From contig CAVVNQ010000019.1 in the NCBI GenBank assembly GCA_963749705.1, positions 1-49,672 on the forward strand: DNA of 49,672 nucleotides, read 5' to 3'. This DNA is from an uncultured Chloroflexia bacterium. GTDB lineage: Bacteria; Chloroflexota; Limnocylindria; Limnocylindrales; CSP1-4. How positions within the stretch are numbered: position 1 is the stretch's first letter; each line of letters starts with the position of its first letter. Both the position numbers and the translations under genes were made by a program. A model generated the notes under the pieces. The model had not been told where the DNA came from. It worked only from the letters and a program-made list of their open reading frames with translations, and did not search any database. Positions 31,961 to 40,360 of the stretch are shown here, one piece after another.

Positions 31961-33370
31961 GTGACCACCCCTGACCTCGATCCCGACGCCGTCGCGCCCG
32001 CCGTCGCCAATCTCGAGACCATCGTCTCGCTGAGCAAGCGGCGCGGCTTCATCTTCCCCTCGTCCGAGATCTACGGCGGGATCAACGCCGTGTGGGACTA
32101 CGGGCCCCTGGGCGTCGAGCTCAAGAACAACGTCAAGCGCGCCTGGTGGCGGTCGATGGTCCAGGACCGCAACGACATCGTGGGTCTGGACGCCGGGATC
32201 CTGATGCACCCCCAGGTGTGGGTCACGTCCGGGCACGTCGGCTCGTTCAGCGACCCGCTGGTCGAGTGCGGGACCTGCCGCCGTCGCTACCGCCTGGACG
32301 AGCTGCCGGGGGCGGAGGACGTGTCCGCGACGGACCTCCAGGACGAGACCATCGTGGAGCGGCTGGGCCTCGTGTGCCCCAACGACGGCGGGCCGCTGTC
32401 GCCGCCGCGCCGGTTCAACCTCATGTTCACCTCGCACATGGGGCCGGTCGAGGACGACGGGTCGATCGTGTACTTCCGGCCCGAGACCGCCCAAGGGTCG
32501 TACGTCAACTTCAAGAACGTCCAGCAGAGCTCGCGCAAGAAGATCCCGTTCGGGATCGCGCAGATCGGCAAGAGCTTCCGCAACGAGATCAGCCCCGGCA
32601 ACTTCGTGTTCCGGATGCGCGAGTTCGAGCAGATGGAGATGCAGTACTTCGTGCGCCCCGAGGAGGCCGCCTCGGCCGCGTTCGAGGACTGGCTGCCGCG
32701 GCGGATGGCCTGGTACGTGGGGTACGGCGTGGCCGCCGAGCGCCTCCGCTTCCGCGAGCACGCGCCGGACGAGCTCGCGCACTATGCGAAGAAGGCGATC
32801 GACGTCGAGTACCGCTTCCCGTTCGGCTGGAAGGAGCTCGAGGGGGTCCACAACCGCGGTGACTTCGATCTCGGCAACCACGCCCGGGCGTCGGGCGAGA
32901 ACCTGGAGTACTTCGACCAGGCGACCGAGGAGCACTTCATCCCCTGGATCGTCGAGACGGCCGCCGGTGCGGACCGGGCGGCGTTCACGTTCCTGATCGA
33001 CGCCTACCGCGAGGAGGAGGTCCGGGGCGAGAAGCGCGTGGTCCTGGGCCTCCACCCGGAGCTCGCGCCGTACAAGGTCGCGGTCCTGCCGCTGCTCAAG
33101 AAGCGGCCCGAGATCGTCGAGATGTGCCACCGCCTGCTCGCCGACCTCAAGCGCGACCTGATGGCCGTGTACGACGACACGGCCGCGATCGGCAAGCTGT
33201 ACCGCCGCCAGGACGAGATCGGCACGCCGTGGTGCGTGACGGTGGACGTCGACTCGCTCGATGACGGCGCGGTCACCATTCGCGATCGCGACTCGATGAC
33301 CCAGGAGCGGGTGCCGCTCGAGGGCGTCAAGCGCCTGATCCTCGATCGGATGGCTGCCGTCCGGCCATAG
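31961..33370 (+). CDS. glyQS: Glycine--tRNA ligase, homodimeric (alpha2) type
   Basis: [58 protein letters not shown]. Confidence 0.97.
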   Translation: MTTPDLDPDAVAPAVANLETIVSLSKRRGFIFPSSEIYGGINAVWDYGPLGVELKNNVKRAWWRSMVQDRNDIVGLDAGILMHPQVWVTSGHVGSFSDPLVECGTCRRRYRLDELPGAEDVSATDLQDETIVERLGLVCPNDGGPLSPPRRFNLMFTSHMGPVEDDGSIVYFRPETAQGSYVNFKNVQQSSRKKIPFGIAQIGKSFRNEISPGNFVFRMREFEQMEMQYFVRPEEAASAAFEDWLPRRMAWYVGYGVAAERLRFREHAPDELAHYAKKAIDVEYRFPFGWKELEGVHNRGDFDLGNHARASGENLEYFDQATEEHFIPWIVETAAGADRAAFTFLIDAYREEEVRGEKRVVLGLHPELAPYKVAVLPLLKKRPEIVEMCHRLLADLKRDLMAVYDDTAAIGKLYRRQDEIGTPWCVTVDVDSLDDGAVTIRDRDSMTQERVPLEGVKRLILDRMAAVRP

Positions 33371-33430
33371 CCACTGGCGCTCGTCCGGCCATAGCCACCG
33401 GCGCTGGTCCGGCCGTAGCCGCCGGCAATG
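33359..33430 (+). repeat. Three-copy 24-bp tandem repeat containing the glyQS stop codon
   Basis: gtccggccatagccactggcgctc / gtccggccatagccaccggcgctg / gtccggccgtagccgccggcaatg. Confidence 0.88.
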
Positions 33431-33641
33431 AGCGGGCGCCGGCTCGAGCCGGCGCGGCGGTGCACCGAACGTCCGTCCGGTGACCGCCCGCACCACCCGG
33501 GACGACCGGCCTATGGTGGCTGCGATCGGGCCCCGTGACCATGGCGGCAGGGACGCGGTTGTCGTGCGTGAGTGCTGATGGCCGCGTCCGTCCACGTCGG
33601 GGACCGGCGGTGACGGCGCCCTGGCGGGGATCCTCGCGGCG

Positions 33642-33677
33642 GCCGCTCAGCCGCTCAGCCGCTCAGCCGCTCAGCCG
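33642..33677. repeat. 8-bp tandem repeat (gccgctca x4) containing the nfnB stop codon
   Basis: Exact copies at 33642, 33650, 33658, 33666. Confidence 0.9.
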
Positions 33678-35212
33678 GTCGCGGCGGCCGCCTTTGCCTT
33701 CGTCGTGTCGCCCGCGGCGTCGTCGCCATCGGTGCTCGGCGGCCAGTCGCCCCGCAGCCAGGCGTCGATCGCCGTCGCGGACCGCTTGCCGTCGCCCATG
33801 GCCAGGATGACCGTGGCCGCGCCGCGCACGATGTCGCCGCCGGCGAACACGCCCGGCATGCTCGTCATGCCGAACTCGTCGGTGACCAGGTATCCCCACT
33901 CGTTGACGGTGAGCTCGGGTGCGCTGCCCGTGAGCAGCGGGTTGGCCTTGGTCCCGATCGCGACGACCACGAGGTCGCAGTCGATCACGAACTCGGAGCC
34001 CTTGATCGGCGTGGGCCGGCGCCGGCCGCTGGCATCGGGCTCGCCCAGCTCCATCCGGATGCACCGCAGGCCCGTGACCCAGCGATTCTCGTCGGCGAGG
34101 ACCTCGAGCGGCGCGGCGAGGAACTCGAACCGGACCCCTTCGGCCTCGGCGTGGTGGACCTCCTCCTTGCGCGCCGGCAGCTCGTCGGCGGATCGCCGGT
34201 AGACGATCGTTGCCTCGGCGGCGCCCAGCCGGCGGGCGGTCCGAACGGAGTCCATGGCCACGTTGCCGCCGCCGACGACGACGACCCGCTGGCCGTGGAG
34301 GACCGGCGTCTGCGAGTCCGCGTTCCAGGCGCCCATGAGGTTGACCCGGGTGAGGTACTCGTTGGCCGAGTAGACGCCCTTGAAGTTCTCGCCGGGCACG
34401 TTCATGAACACCGGCAGGCCCGCGCCGACCGCCAGGAACAGCGCGTCGTACTCCTCGCGCAGCTCGGGGATCGTGTAGGTGCGCCCGATGATCGAGTCGA
34501 CCTCGATCTTGACGCCGTCGGCGACCAGGCGGTCGACCTCGGCCTGGACGATGTCCTTGGGCAGCCGGAACTCCGGGATGCCGTAGATCAGGACGCCGCC
34601 CGGGGCGTGGAACGCCTCGAACACCGTGACGTCGTGGCCCTTCTTGCGCAGCTCGCCGGCGGCGGTGAGACCGGCCGGGCCGGAGCCCACGATGCCGACC
34701 TTCCGGCCCGTGTCGTGCGGGTCGCGGGCGGGCAGCGCGTCGGGGTTCTGCTGCGCCCAGTCCGCGACGTACCGCTCGAGGTAGCCGATCGCGACCGGGT
34801 TGCCCTTCTTGGCGCGGACGCACACGCCCTCGCACTGGGTCTCCTGGGGGCACACCCGGCCGGTCACGCACGGCAGCGCGTTGTCGTCGAGCAGGCTCTC
34901 GGCGGCGGCCGGCAGGTCGCCTTCGCGGAGATGCTTGATGAACTTGGGGATGTTGACGCGGACCGGGCAGCCCTCGACGCAGAATGGCTTGGGGCACTGG
35001 ATGCAGCGCTCCGCCTCGAGCATCGCGAGCTGGTAGGTCAGCCCGAGGTTGACCTCACGGAAGTTGGCGGCCCGGATGTCGCCTTCCTGCTCGGGCATGG
35101 CAACACGCTCGATCGCCATCCGCTCCTTGTTGCTGAGGATTGGCTTGTCGGCGGGGTCGGGGGTGGCCGCCGCCGGCGTGCCGGCGGTCTCGTGGGACGC
35201 TGATTCGGTCAT
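33671..35212 (-). CDS. nfnB: NfnB/SudA large subunit of electron-bifurcating NADH-dependent ferredoxin:NADP+ oxidoreductase (GltD-like)
   Basis: ATG 35212; EAERCIQCPKPFCVEGCPV, GRVCPQETQCEG, GSGPAG, YGIPEFRLPK, GGGNVAMD, YRRS, GGDIVRGAATVILAMGDG; coupled to nfnA. Confidence 0.88.
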   Translation of the reverse strand: MTESASHETAGTPAAATPDPADKPILSNKERMAIERVAMPEQEGDIRAANFREVNLGLTYQLAMLEAERCIQCPKPFCVEGCPVRVNIPKFIKHLREGDLPAAAESLLDDNALPCVTGRVCPQETQCEGVCVRAKKGNPVAIGYLERYVADWAQQNPDALPARDPHDTGRKVGIVGSGPAGLTAAGELRKKGHDVTVFEAFHAPGGVLIYGIPEFRLPKDIVQAEVDRLVADGVKIEVDSIIGRTYTIPELREEYDALFLAVGAGLPVFMNVPGENFKGVYSANEYLTRVNLMGAWNADSQTPVLHGQRVVVVGGGNVAMDSVRTARRLGAAEATIVYRRSADELPARKEEVHHAEAEGVRFEFLAAPLEVLADENRWVTGLRCIRMELGEPDASGRRRPTPIKGSEFVIDCDLVVVAIGTKANPLLTGSAPELTVNEWGYLVTDEFGMTSMPGVFAGGDIVRGAATVILAMGDGKRSATAIDAWLRGDWPPSTDGDDAAGDTTKAKAAAATG

Positions 35213-36048
35213 GCCTTGACCTCGGTGGTGGCGCAGGCACCTCGTTGATCGAGGGCCCGCTGTTCGAACTCGCGGTAGGTGGTGAGCCGGTCGGCCAGCT
35301 CCTGGAAGTTGACGAGGTGGGCGTCGAACTCGGGACCGTCGACGCACGCGTACTTCGTCTCGCCGCCGATGCTCACCCGGCAGCCGCCGCACATCCCGGT
35401 GCCGTCGACCATGATCGCGTTGAGCGAGGCCATGGTGTGGACGCCGTACGGCCGGGTCAGCTCGGCCACGGCCTTCATCATCGGCACCGGGCCGACCGCG
35501 TAGACGGCGTCGATGCCGCCCTCGTCGAGCAGGTCCTTGAGCGCCTGGGTCACGAACCCGTGACGGCCGTAGCTGCCGTCGTCGGTGCATGGGACGACCT
35601 CGCCCGCCTCACGCAGCTCGGGCTCGAGGATGACCCACTCCTTCGACCGGCCGCCGATGACGCTGGTCACCTTCACGCCGCGGCGAGCGAGCTCGCGGGC
35701 GATGGGCAGGATGACCGCCGTTCCCACGCCGCCCCCCACGCACACGGCGTGGCCGGTCTCGATCAGGTCGGTCGGGCTGCCCAGCGGACCGGCAACGTCC
35801 TGGATCTGGTCACCGGCCTGCATCTCGCACAGGTCGGTGGTGCTGACGCCGATGGCCTGGATCATGAGCGTGATCGTGCCGGCCTCGGCATCGGTATCGG
35901 CGATCGTCAGCGGGATGCGCTCGGCGCCCGGGGCCTTCCGGACGATGACGAACTGGCCGGGACGCCGGACCTTGGCGATCCGAGGGGCCTCGACGACGAG
36001 GCGGACGACGTTCGGGGAGAGCTGCTCACGCTCAACGACGGGATGCAT
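35209..36048 (-). CDS. nfnA: NfnA/SudB small subunit (FAD/NAD-binding, 2Fe-2S)
   Basis: PGQFVI...ERIPLTIAD, GPLG, GGGVG, TDDGSYG, GPVPMM, MVDGTGMCGGCRV...ACVDGPEFDAH. Confidence 0.9.
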   Translation of the reverse strand: MHPVVEREQLSPNVVRLVVEAPRIAKVRRPGQFVIVRKAPGAERIPLTIADTDAEAGTITLMIQAIGVSTTDLCEMQAGDQIQDVAGPLGSPTDLIETGHAVCVGGGVGTAVILPIARELARRGVKVTSVIGGRSKEWVILEPELREAGEVVPCTDDGSYGRHGFVTQALKDLLDEGGIDAVYAVGPVPMMKAVAELTRPYGVHTMASLNAIMVDGTGMCGGCRVSIGGETKYACVDGPEFDAHLVNFQELADRLTTYREFEQRALDQRGACATTEVKA

Positions 36049-36211
36049 GCGACCTCACGATGGTAGTTGACACCTGCCCTGATCGTCGCCCAGGTGCCCG
36101 GATCGCGTTACGGGCCGTCGGCACGCTGCTGGGGGCCAGAGGTCACGCACGGGGGGTGCCGTCCGGCGGGAGGTTCCTGCGGCACGGGCCCCGTCGTGTC
36201 CCGCTCCTGCG

Positions 36212-36482
36212 GTCCCGCTCGGCTCCTCGGCGGCTCCCGCTCGCACTCGGCCACCTACGCACCGTACGCGTGCTCGGCCGACGGCACCTGGCCCAGCACG
36301 CACCCCATCGGTGGGTGGCGAGACCGTCGGCCTCCCCGGCACGTACCACGCGCCTGATCGTTGGCTGGCCAGGTGGCGCGCACCGTGCGTGGATACGACG
36401 CCCCGGATCGGTACGTGGCCAGGTCGGGGAAGCGGGGGAGCGGGAGCGGGCCCGACGGCCGCCGGCCGGGGGTCGCCGCGTC
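36212..36482. repeat. Direct repeat copy 1 (271 bp, non-coding, self-complementary)
   Basis: Near-identical to 38818-39203 apart from a 115-bp indel and about five single-base differences. Confidence 0.93.
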
Positions 36483-36490
36483 ACACACAG

Positions 36491-36509
36491 TAGACTCCGC
36501 CCAAGGAGG
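36491..36509 (+). promoter_or_regulatory. -10 hexamer and SD for Mo-enzyme gene
   Basis: TAGACT (36491-36496), AAGGAGG (36503-36509), ATG 36515. Confidence 0.6.
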
Positions 36510-36514
36510 ATCCC

Positions 36515-38809
36515 ATGCCCGAGCCGATGCGCTACGTCGGCGTTCGCCGACCGCGTGCCGACGGGCGCGACAAGGTTCGGGGCGCCACCCGCTACGCGGC
36601 CGACGTGGCCATTCCCGGGGTCCTCCACGCGCGGATCGTGCCGGCCGTGTATGCGCACGCGCGCATCCGCTCGATCGATGCGACGGACGCGCTCGCGATG
36701 CCGGGCGTGCTGGCCGTCCTCACCGCCGCGGACCTGCCCATCGTGGGGCGGGGTCCGGAGCGCCACCTCGAGCCGCTCGCCCGCGACGAGGTCGTCTTCG
36801 CCGGCCAGCCCGTGGCGCTCGTGGTCGCGGAAAGCGAGGCGGCCGCCGCGGATGCCGTGCCCATGGTCGCCGTCGACCTGGAGGCCCTGGAGCCCGTCAT
36901 CGACGTGGTCGCCGCCGCCCTGGACGGGTCGCCGCTCGCCCGGCTCGAGCGTCGGGCTGGGGAGGGTCCGGCGGTCGGCGCCGAGCATCGTGGAGCGGAT
37001 CCGGACGAGGACGCCCGCGAGGCCGCGGCAGGCAACGTGTTCGCGACCGTTCACGAGCGCCGGGGAGACGTCGAGGCCGCGTTCGCCCGCAGCGCGGCCA
37101 TCGTCGAGGGGCGATTTCGTGCCGCCTGGGCGCACCAGGCACCGATCGAGCCGCAGGCCGCCGCCGCGTGGCTCGAGCTCGACAGCTCGCTGACCGTCCT
37201 GGCGAGCATGCAGGGCATCTTCTACACGCGCGACGAGCTGGCCCGGGCCTTTGGCCTTCCGGTCGCCCGCGTCCGCGTGATCGCGGCGCCCAGCGGCGGG
37301 GCGTTCGGGGTCAAGCAGCTGCTGCTCGAGCCGCTGGTCGCCGGCGCGACCCTCTGCCTTCGCCGCCCGGTCCGTCTTGTCCTCGACCGGCTCGATGACT
37401 TCGCCGTGTCCAGCCCCTCGCAGGGCCTGGACCTCGACGTGCGCATCGGTGCCCACGGGGACGGGAAGCTCCAGGCGATCGAGGCCCGGATCACCTACGA
37501 CGGCGGGGCGTTCGTCGAGGACTCGTGGCACTGGTTCGCTCCCCGCCTGGTCACCGGCCCATATCGCTGGCCGACGTTCGACGTGACCGCGTTCGGCGTC
37601 CAGACCAACCGGTTCGGCGCCGGCAACTACCGTGCACCGTCGGGACCGCCGGGCGTGTTCGCGCTCGAGACGCTGCTCGACGAGCTGGCGGAACGCCTGG
37701 GCATCGATCCCATCGACCTTCGGAGCGTGAACCTCGCCCAGCCCGGCGATCCGATGGCGAACGGGACGCCCTGGCCGGAGATGGGGGGCGAGGTCTGCCT
37801 CGAACGGCTGCGGACGCACCCCACGTGGATGCGGCGGCTCGAGCTGCCGCCCGGGGAGGGGGTCGGCGTCGCCGTCGGTGTGTGGCCAGGATCCGCGCAG
37901 CCTGCCGCAGCCTCGTGTCGCCTCGAGCCCGATGGGACCCTGACCGTGGTCACCGGCATCGTGGACATCTCGGGAGCCGGGACCGGGCTCGCGACGATCG
38001 CAGCCGAGACGTTCGGCATCCCGGTCGAGTCGGTGACCGTCATCGCAGCCGACAGCGGGACGGCGCCGCGCACGCCGTCGAGCAACGCGAGCGCGATCAC
38101 ATACGCGGTGGGACCGGCCGTCCAGGCGGCCGTCGCCGAGGCCCGCGAGCGACTCCTGCGGGTTGCCGCCGACGAGCTGGAGATCGAGCCGGCCGACCTG
38201 GAGATCGTCGACGGTGTCGTCCGGCCGCGCGGCAGCCCCGGGGTCGGCATCTCGGTGGCCGACCTTGCGCGCGACCTGAGCGAGACGTTCGATTCTCCGC
38301 ATCCCCCGGTGGAGGGCCATGGCGCAACTGCGCATTCGGAGCGGGCACCGTCGGTCGCCGCGCATCTCGCCCATGTCCGCGTGGACGAGGGGACCGGGGC
38401 GGTCGAGGTGCTCGGATATGCGATCGTCCAGGACGTCGGGCGCGCGCTCAACCCGACGCTGGTCGAGGGCCAGATGACCGGCGCGGTCGCCCAGTCCATC
38501 GGACGCGCGCTGACCGAGGAGCTGATCCACGACGACCATGGCCAGCTGGTGACCGGCACGTTCATGGACTACGGGTTGCCGCGCGCCCCGATGGTGCCGA
38601 TGATCGAGACGCAGATCGTGGAGGTCCCGGCGCCGGAAGGGCCGTTCGGGGCGCGGGGGATCGGCGAGGCGCCGGTCGTGGCGGGTCCCGCGGCGATCGC
38701 CAATGCGATCGCGGCGGCTGTCGGCGTCCGCGTGCAGGAGCTGCCGATGACGGCGCCGCGGGTGTGGGCTGCGCTGCAGGAGGGCCGCCGGGCGGCGCGG
38801 TCGAGCTAG
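36515..38809 (+). CDS. Xanthine dehydrogenase family molybdopterin-binding (large) subunit
   Basis: DGRDKVRGATRYAAD, GGAFGVK, NYRAPSG, DVGRALNPTLVEGQMTG, GARGIGE, IANAI...ELPMT. Confidence 0.93.
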   Translation: MPEPMRYVGVRRPRADGRDKVRGATRYAADVAIPGVLHARIVPAVYAHARIRSIDATDALAMPGVLAVLTAADLPIVGRGPERHLEPLARDEVVFAGQPVALVVAESEAAAADAVPMVAVDLEALEPVIDVVAAALDGSPLARLERRAGEGPAVGAEHRGADPDEDAREAAAGNVFATVHERRGDVEAAFARSAAIVEGRFRAAWAHQAPIEPQAAAAWLELDSSLTVLASMQGIFYTRDELARAFGLPVARVRVIAAPSGGAFGVKQLLLEPLVAGATLCLRRPVRLVLDRLDDFAVSSPSQGLDLDVRIGAHGDGKLQAIEARITYDGGAFVEDSWHWFAPRLVTGPYRWPTFDVTAFGVQTNRFGAGNYRAPSGPPGVFALETLLDELAERLGIDPIDLRSVNLAQPGDPMANGTPWPEMGGEVCLERLRTHPTWMRRLELPPGEGVGVAVGVWPGSAQPAAASCRLEPDGTLTVVTGIVDISGAGTGLATIAAETFGIPVESVTVIAADSGTAPRTPSSNASAITYAVGPAVQAAVAEARERLLRVAADELEIEPADLEIVDGVVRPRGSPGVGISVADLARDLSETFDSPHPPVEGHGATAHSERAPSVAAHLAHVRVDEGTGAVEVLGYAIVQDVGRALNPTLVEGQMTGAVAQSIGRALTEELIHDDHGQLVTGTFMDYGLPRAPMVPMIETQIVEVPAPEGPFGARGIGEAPVVAGPAAIANAIAAAVGVRVQELPMTAPRVWAALQEGRRAARSS

Positions 38810-38817
38810 AGGCCGCA

Positions 38818-39203
38818 GTCCCGCTCGGCTCCTCGGCGGCTCCCGCCCGCACTCGGCCACCTACCGATCCGGCGCGTGGAACGACGGGATCCGGCCAGGG
38901 TCTGCCGTCGCGGCGCCGAGCGCGACGGACCCAGCCCGCAGGAGCGACCGGTGACCCGGGCGCGATCCCGGCCACCGACGCACCGTGCGCGTGCTCGGCC
39001 GACTGCACCTGGCCCAGCACGCACCCCATCGGTGGGTGGCGAGACCGTCGGGCCTCCCCGGCACGTACCACGCGCCTGATCGTTGGCTGGCCAGGTGGCG
39101 CGCACCGTGCGTGGATACGACGCCCCGGATCGGTACGTGGCCAGGTCGGGGAAGCGGGGAGCGGGAGCGGGCCCGACGGCCGCCGGCCGGGGGTCGCCGC
39201 GTC
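38818..39203. repeat. Direct repeat copy 2 (386 bp, includes 115-bp extra segment)
   Basis: Starts 9 nt after Mo-subunit stop; same sequence as 36212-36482. Confidence 0.93.
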
Positions 39204-39216
39204 GCCGCGTCGCCGT

Positions 39217-39294
39217 CTCGGCCGGGCGGCGTCCAGTCCGCCTCGGCCGGCGGTCAGCCCGCCTCGGCCGGCGGTCAGCCCGTCTCGGCCGGCG
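39217..39294. repeat. 21-bp tandem repeat spanning the FNR stop codon
   Basis: ctcggccggcggtcagcccg at 39242 and 39263, partial at 39284 and degenerate at 39217. Confidence 0.82.
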
Positions 39295-40093
39295 CCGGAA
39301 CGGGGGCCTTGCCCTTCGGCCAGTAGAGCTCCTTCTTGACGTGGAACTCCGGGAACTCGCGGGCCATCAGCTGGCGCTCCACGTTGAGGATCATGTCCGG
39401 GTTGCCGCAGATGTACACGACCGTCCGGTCCGGGCGCAGGCCGAACTCGCGGCACACGTCGTCGATCACCTGCTCGGCGCGACCGACGTGGCCCGCCCAG
39501 CCGGCATTCCGCGGATCGTTCGGCCGCGAGATCGTGGGCACGTAGGTGAGACGGTACGCGGGGTCCCGCTCCCAGGCTTCCAGCTCCGCGCGGTAGCCGA
39601 GCTCGTCCTCGAACGAACACCCGTTGAGCAGGATCGTCTTCCTGGGATGGCCCTGGGCGACGGTCTCGCGGATCATCGAGATGAACGGCGCGATCCCGGT
39701 GCCGGTGGACACGTACAGGTGCGTCCGCGTGTCATCGGGCTCGAGCATGAACTTGCCCTTGGGCCCGATCATCCGCATCCGGTGCCCGATCGGCAGCCGC
39801 CACATCGCGGTGGTGAAGCGGATGATGGGGACCAGGCGCACGAAGAACTCGTAGCCCTCGGTCCCCGCCACGACCGGCGCCGATGCCACCGAATACGGCC
39901 GCTGGAGCATCCTGCCATCGGTGATGACGCCCGTGGTCATGTACTGGCCGGACTCGAACGGGGTGGGCTCGCCGTCGAACTTGACCCAGAAGTAGGCGAG
40001 GTCGTGGGTGAGGTCGACGCGCCGGACGAGCGTGGCGTTGTAGGCGTCGGCATCGGGCTCGATGACGCGCGTGTCCACGTACTGGTCGTTCAC
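39275..40093 (-). CDS. Ferredoxin--NADP+ reductase (bacterial FPR type)
   Basis: GTG 40093 after AGGAG; FESGQY, QRPYSVAS, GPKGKF, STGTGIAPF, YICGNPDM, ELYW. Confidence 0.88.
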   Translation of the reverse strand: MNDQYVDTRVIEPDADAYNATLVRRVDLTHDLAYFWVKFDGEPTPFESGQYMTTGVITDGRMLQRPYSVASAPVVAGTEGYEFFVRLVPIIRFTTAMWRLPIGHRMRMIGPKGKFMLEPDDTRTHLYVSTGTGIAPFISMIRETVAQGHPRKTILLNGCSFEDELGYRAELEAWERDPAYRLTYVPTISRPNDPRNAGWAGHVGRAEQVIDDVCREFGLRPDRTVVYICGNPDMILNVERQLMAREFPEFHVKKELYWPKGKAPVPAPAETG

Positions 40094-40160
40094 GGGCTCG
40101 GGCTCCTGCAGGACAGTCGAGGCCGCCGGGGACACCGAATCCGGCCGGCCGGGCAGGGTC

Positions 40161-40282
40161 AGTGTAGCCCGCGACCAGCCACGGAGCCCGCGATCCAGTC
40201 GCGACCGCGAGCACGAGCCGCATGAATCCGGGTGTCCGCAACCCAGTCGCAACCGGGTTCGGCCGGGACGGCGGCGTACAAT
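40161..40282. promoter_or_regulatory. Divergent -10 hexamers for FNR (minus, TACACT) and ppdK (plus, TACAAT)
   Basis: agtgta at 40161-40166; TACAAT at 40277-40282. Confidence 0.5.
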
Positions 40283-40360
40283 CGGGGCATTCCACGTGTG
40301 GTGAACCCGCGGGCCGCGCCATGCGCCTGCCCGCCCTTCCAGTCAAGGAGCCCAGCCACG

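Noticed and set aside
33359-33677. CRISPR array
   Set aside because: Repeats are directly tandem with no unique spacers and no cas genes are present
33671-35212. Glutamate synthase small subunit GltD
   Set aside because: No gltB nearby; it is translationally coupled to an NfnA/SudB-type gene
36112-36146. DosR-like boxes (gggccgtcggcac, gggccagaggtcac) upstream of nfnA
   Set aside because: The two sites differ in length and such GC-rich motifs arise easily by chance; not supportable without a motif model
36212-36482. Moco riboswitch upstream of the Mo-enzyme gene
   Set aside because: The apparent -10 lies downstream of the element and a second copy lies after the gene, so it does not behave as a 5' UTR
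36515-38809. Aerobic CO dehydrogenase CoxL
   Set aside because: Lacks AYxCSFR/AYRGAGR and has no coxM/coxS
36060-39326. ORFs crossing the direct repeats (36060-37193, 38985-39326) as a transposase
   Set aside because: No DDE, HUH or recombinase motifs; Arg/Pro/Gly-rich noise; the two copies differ by frame-changing indels
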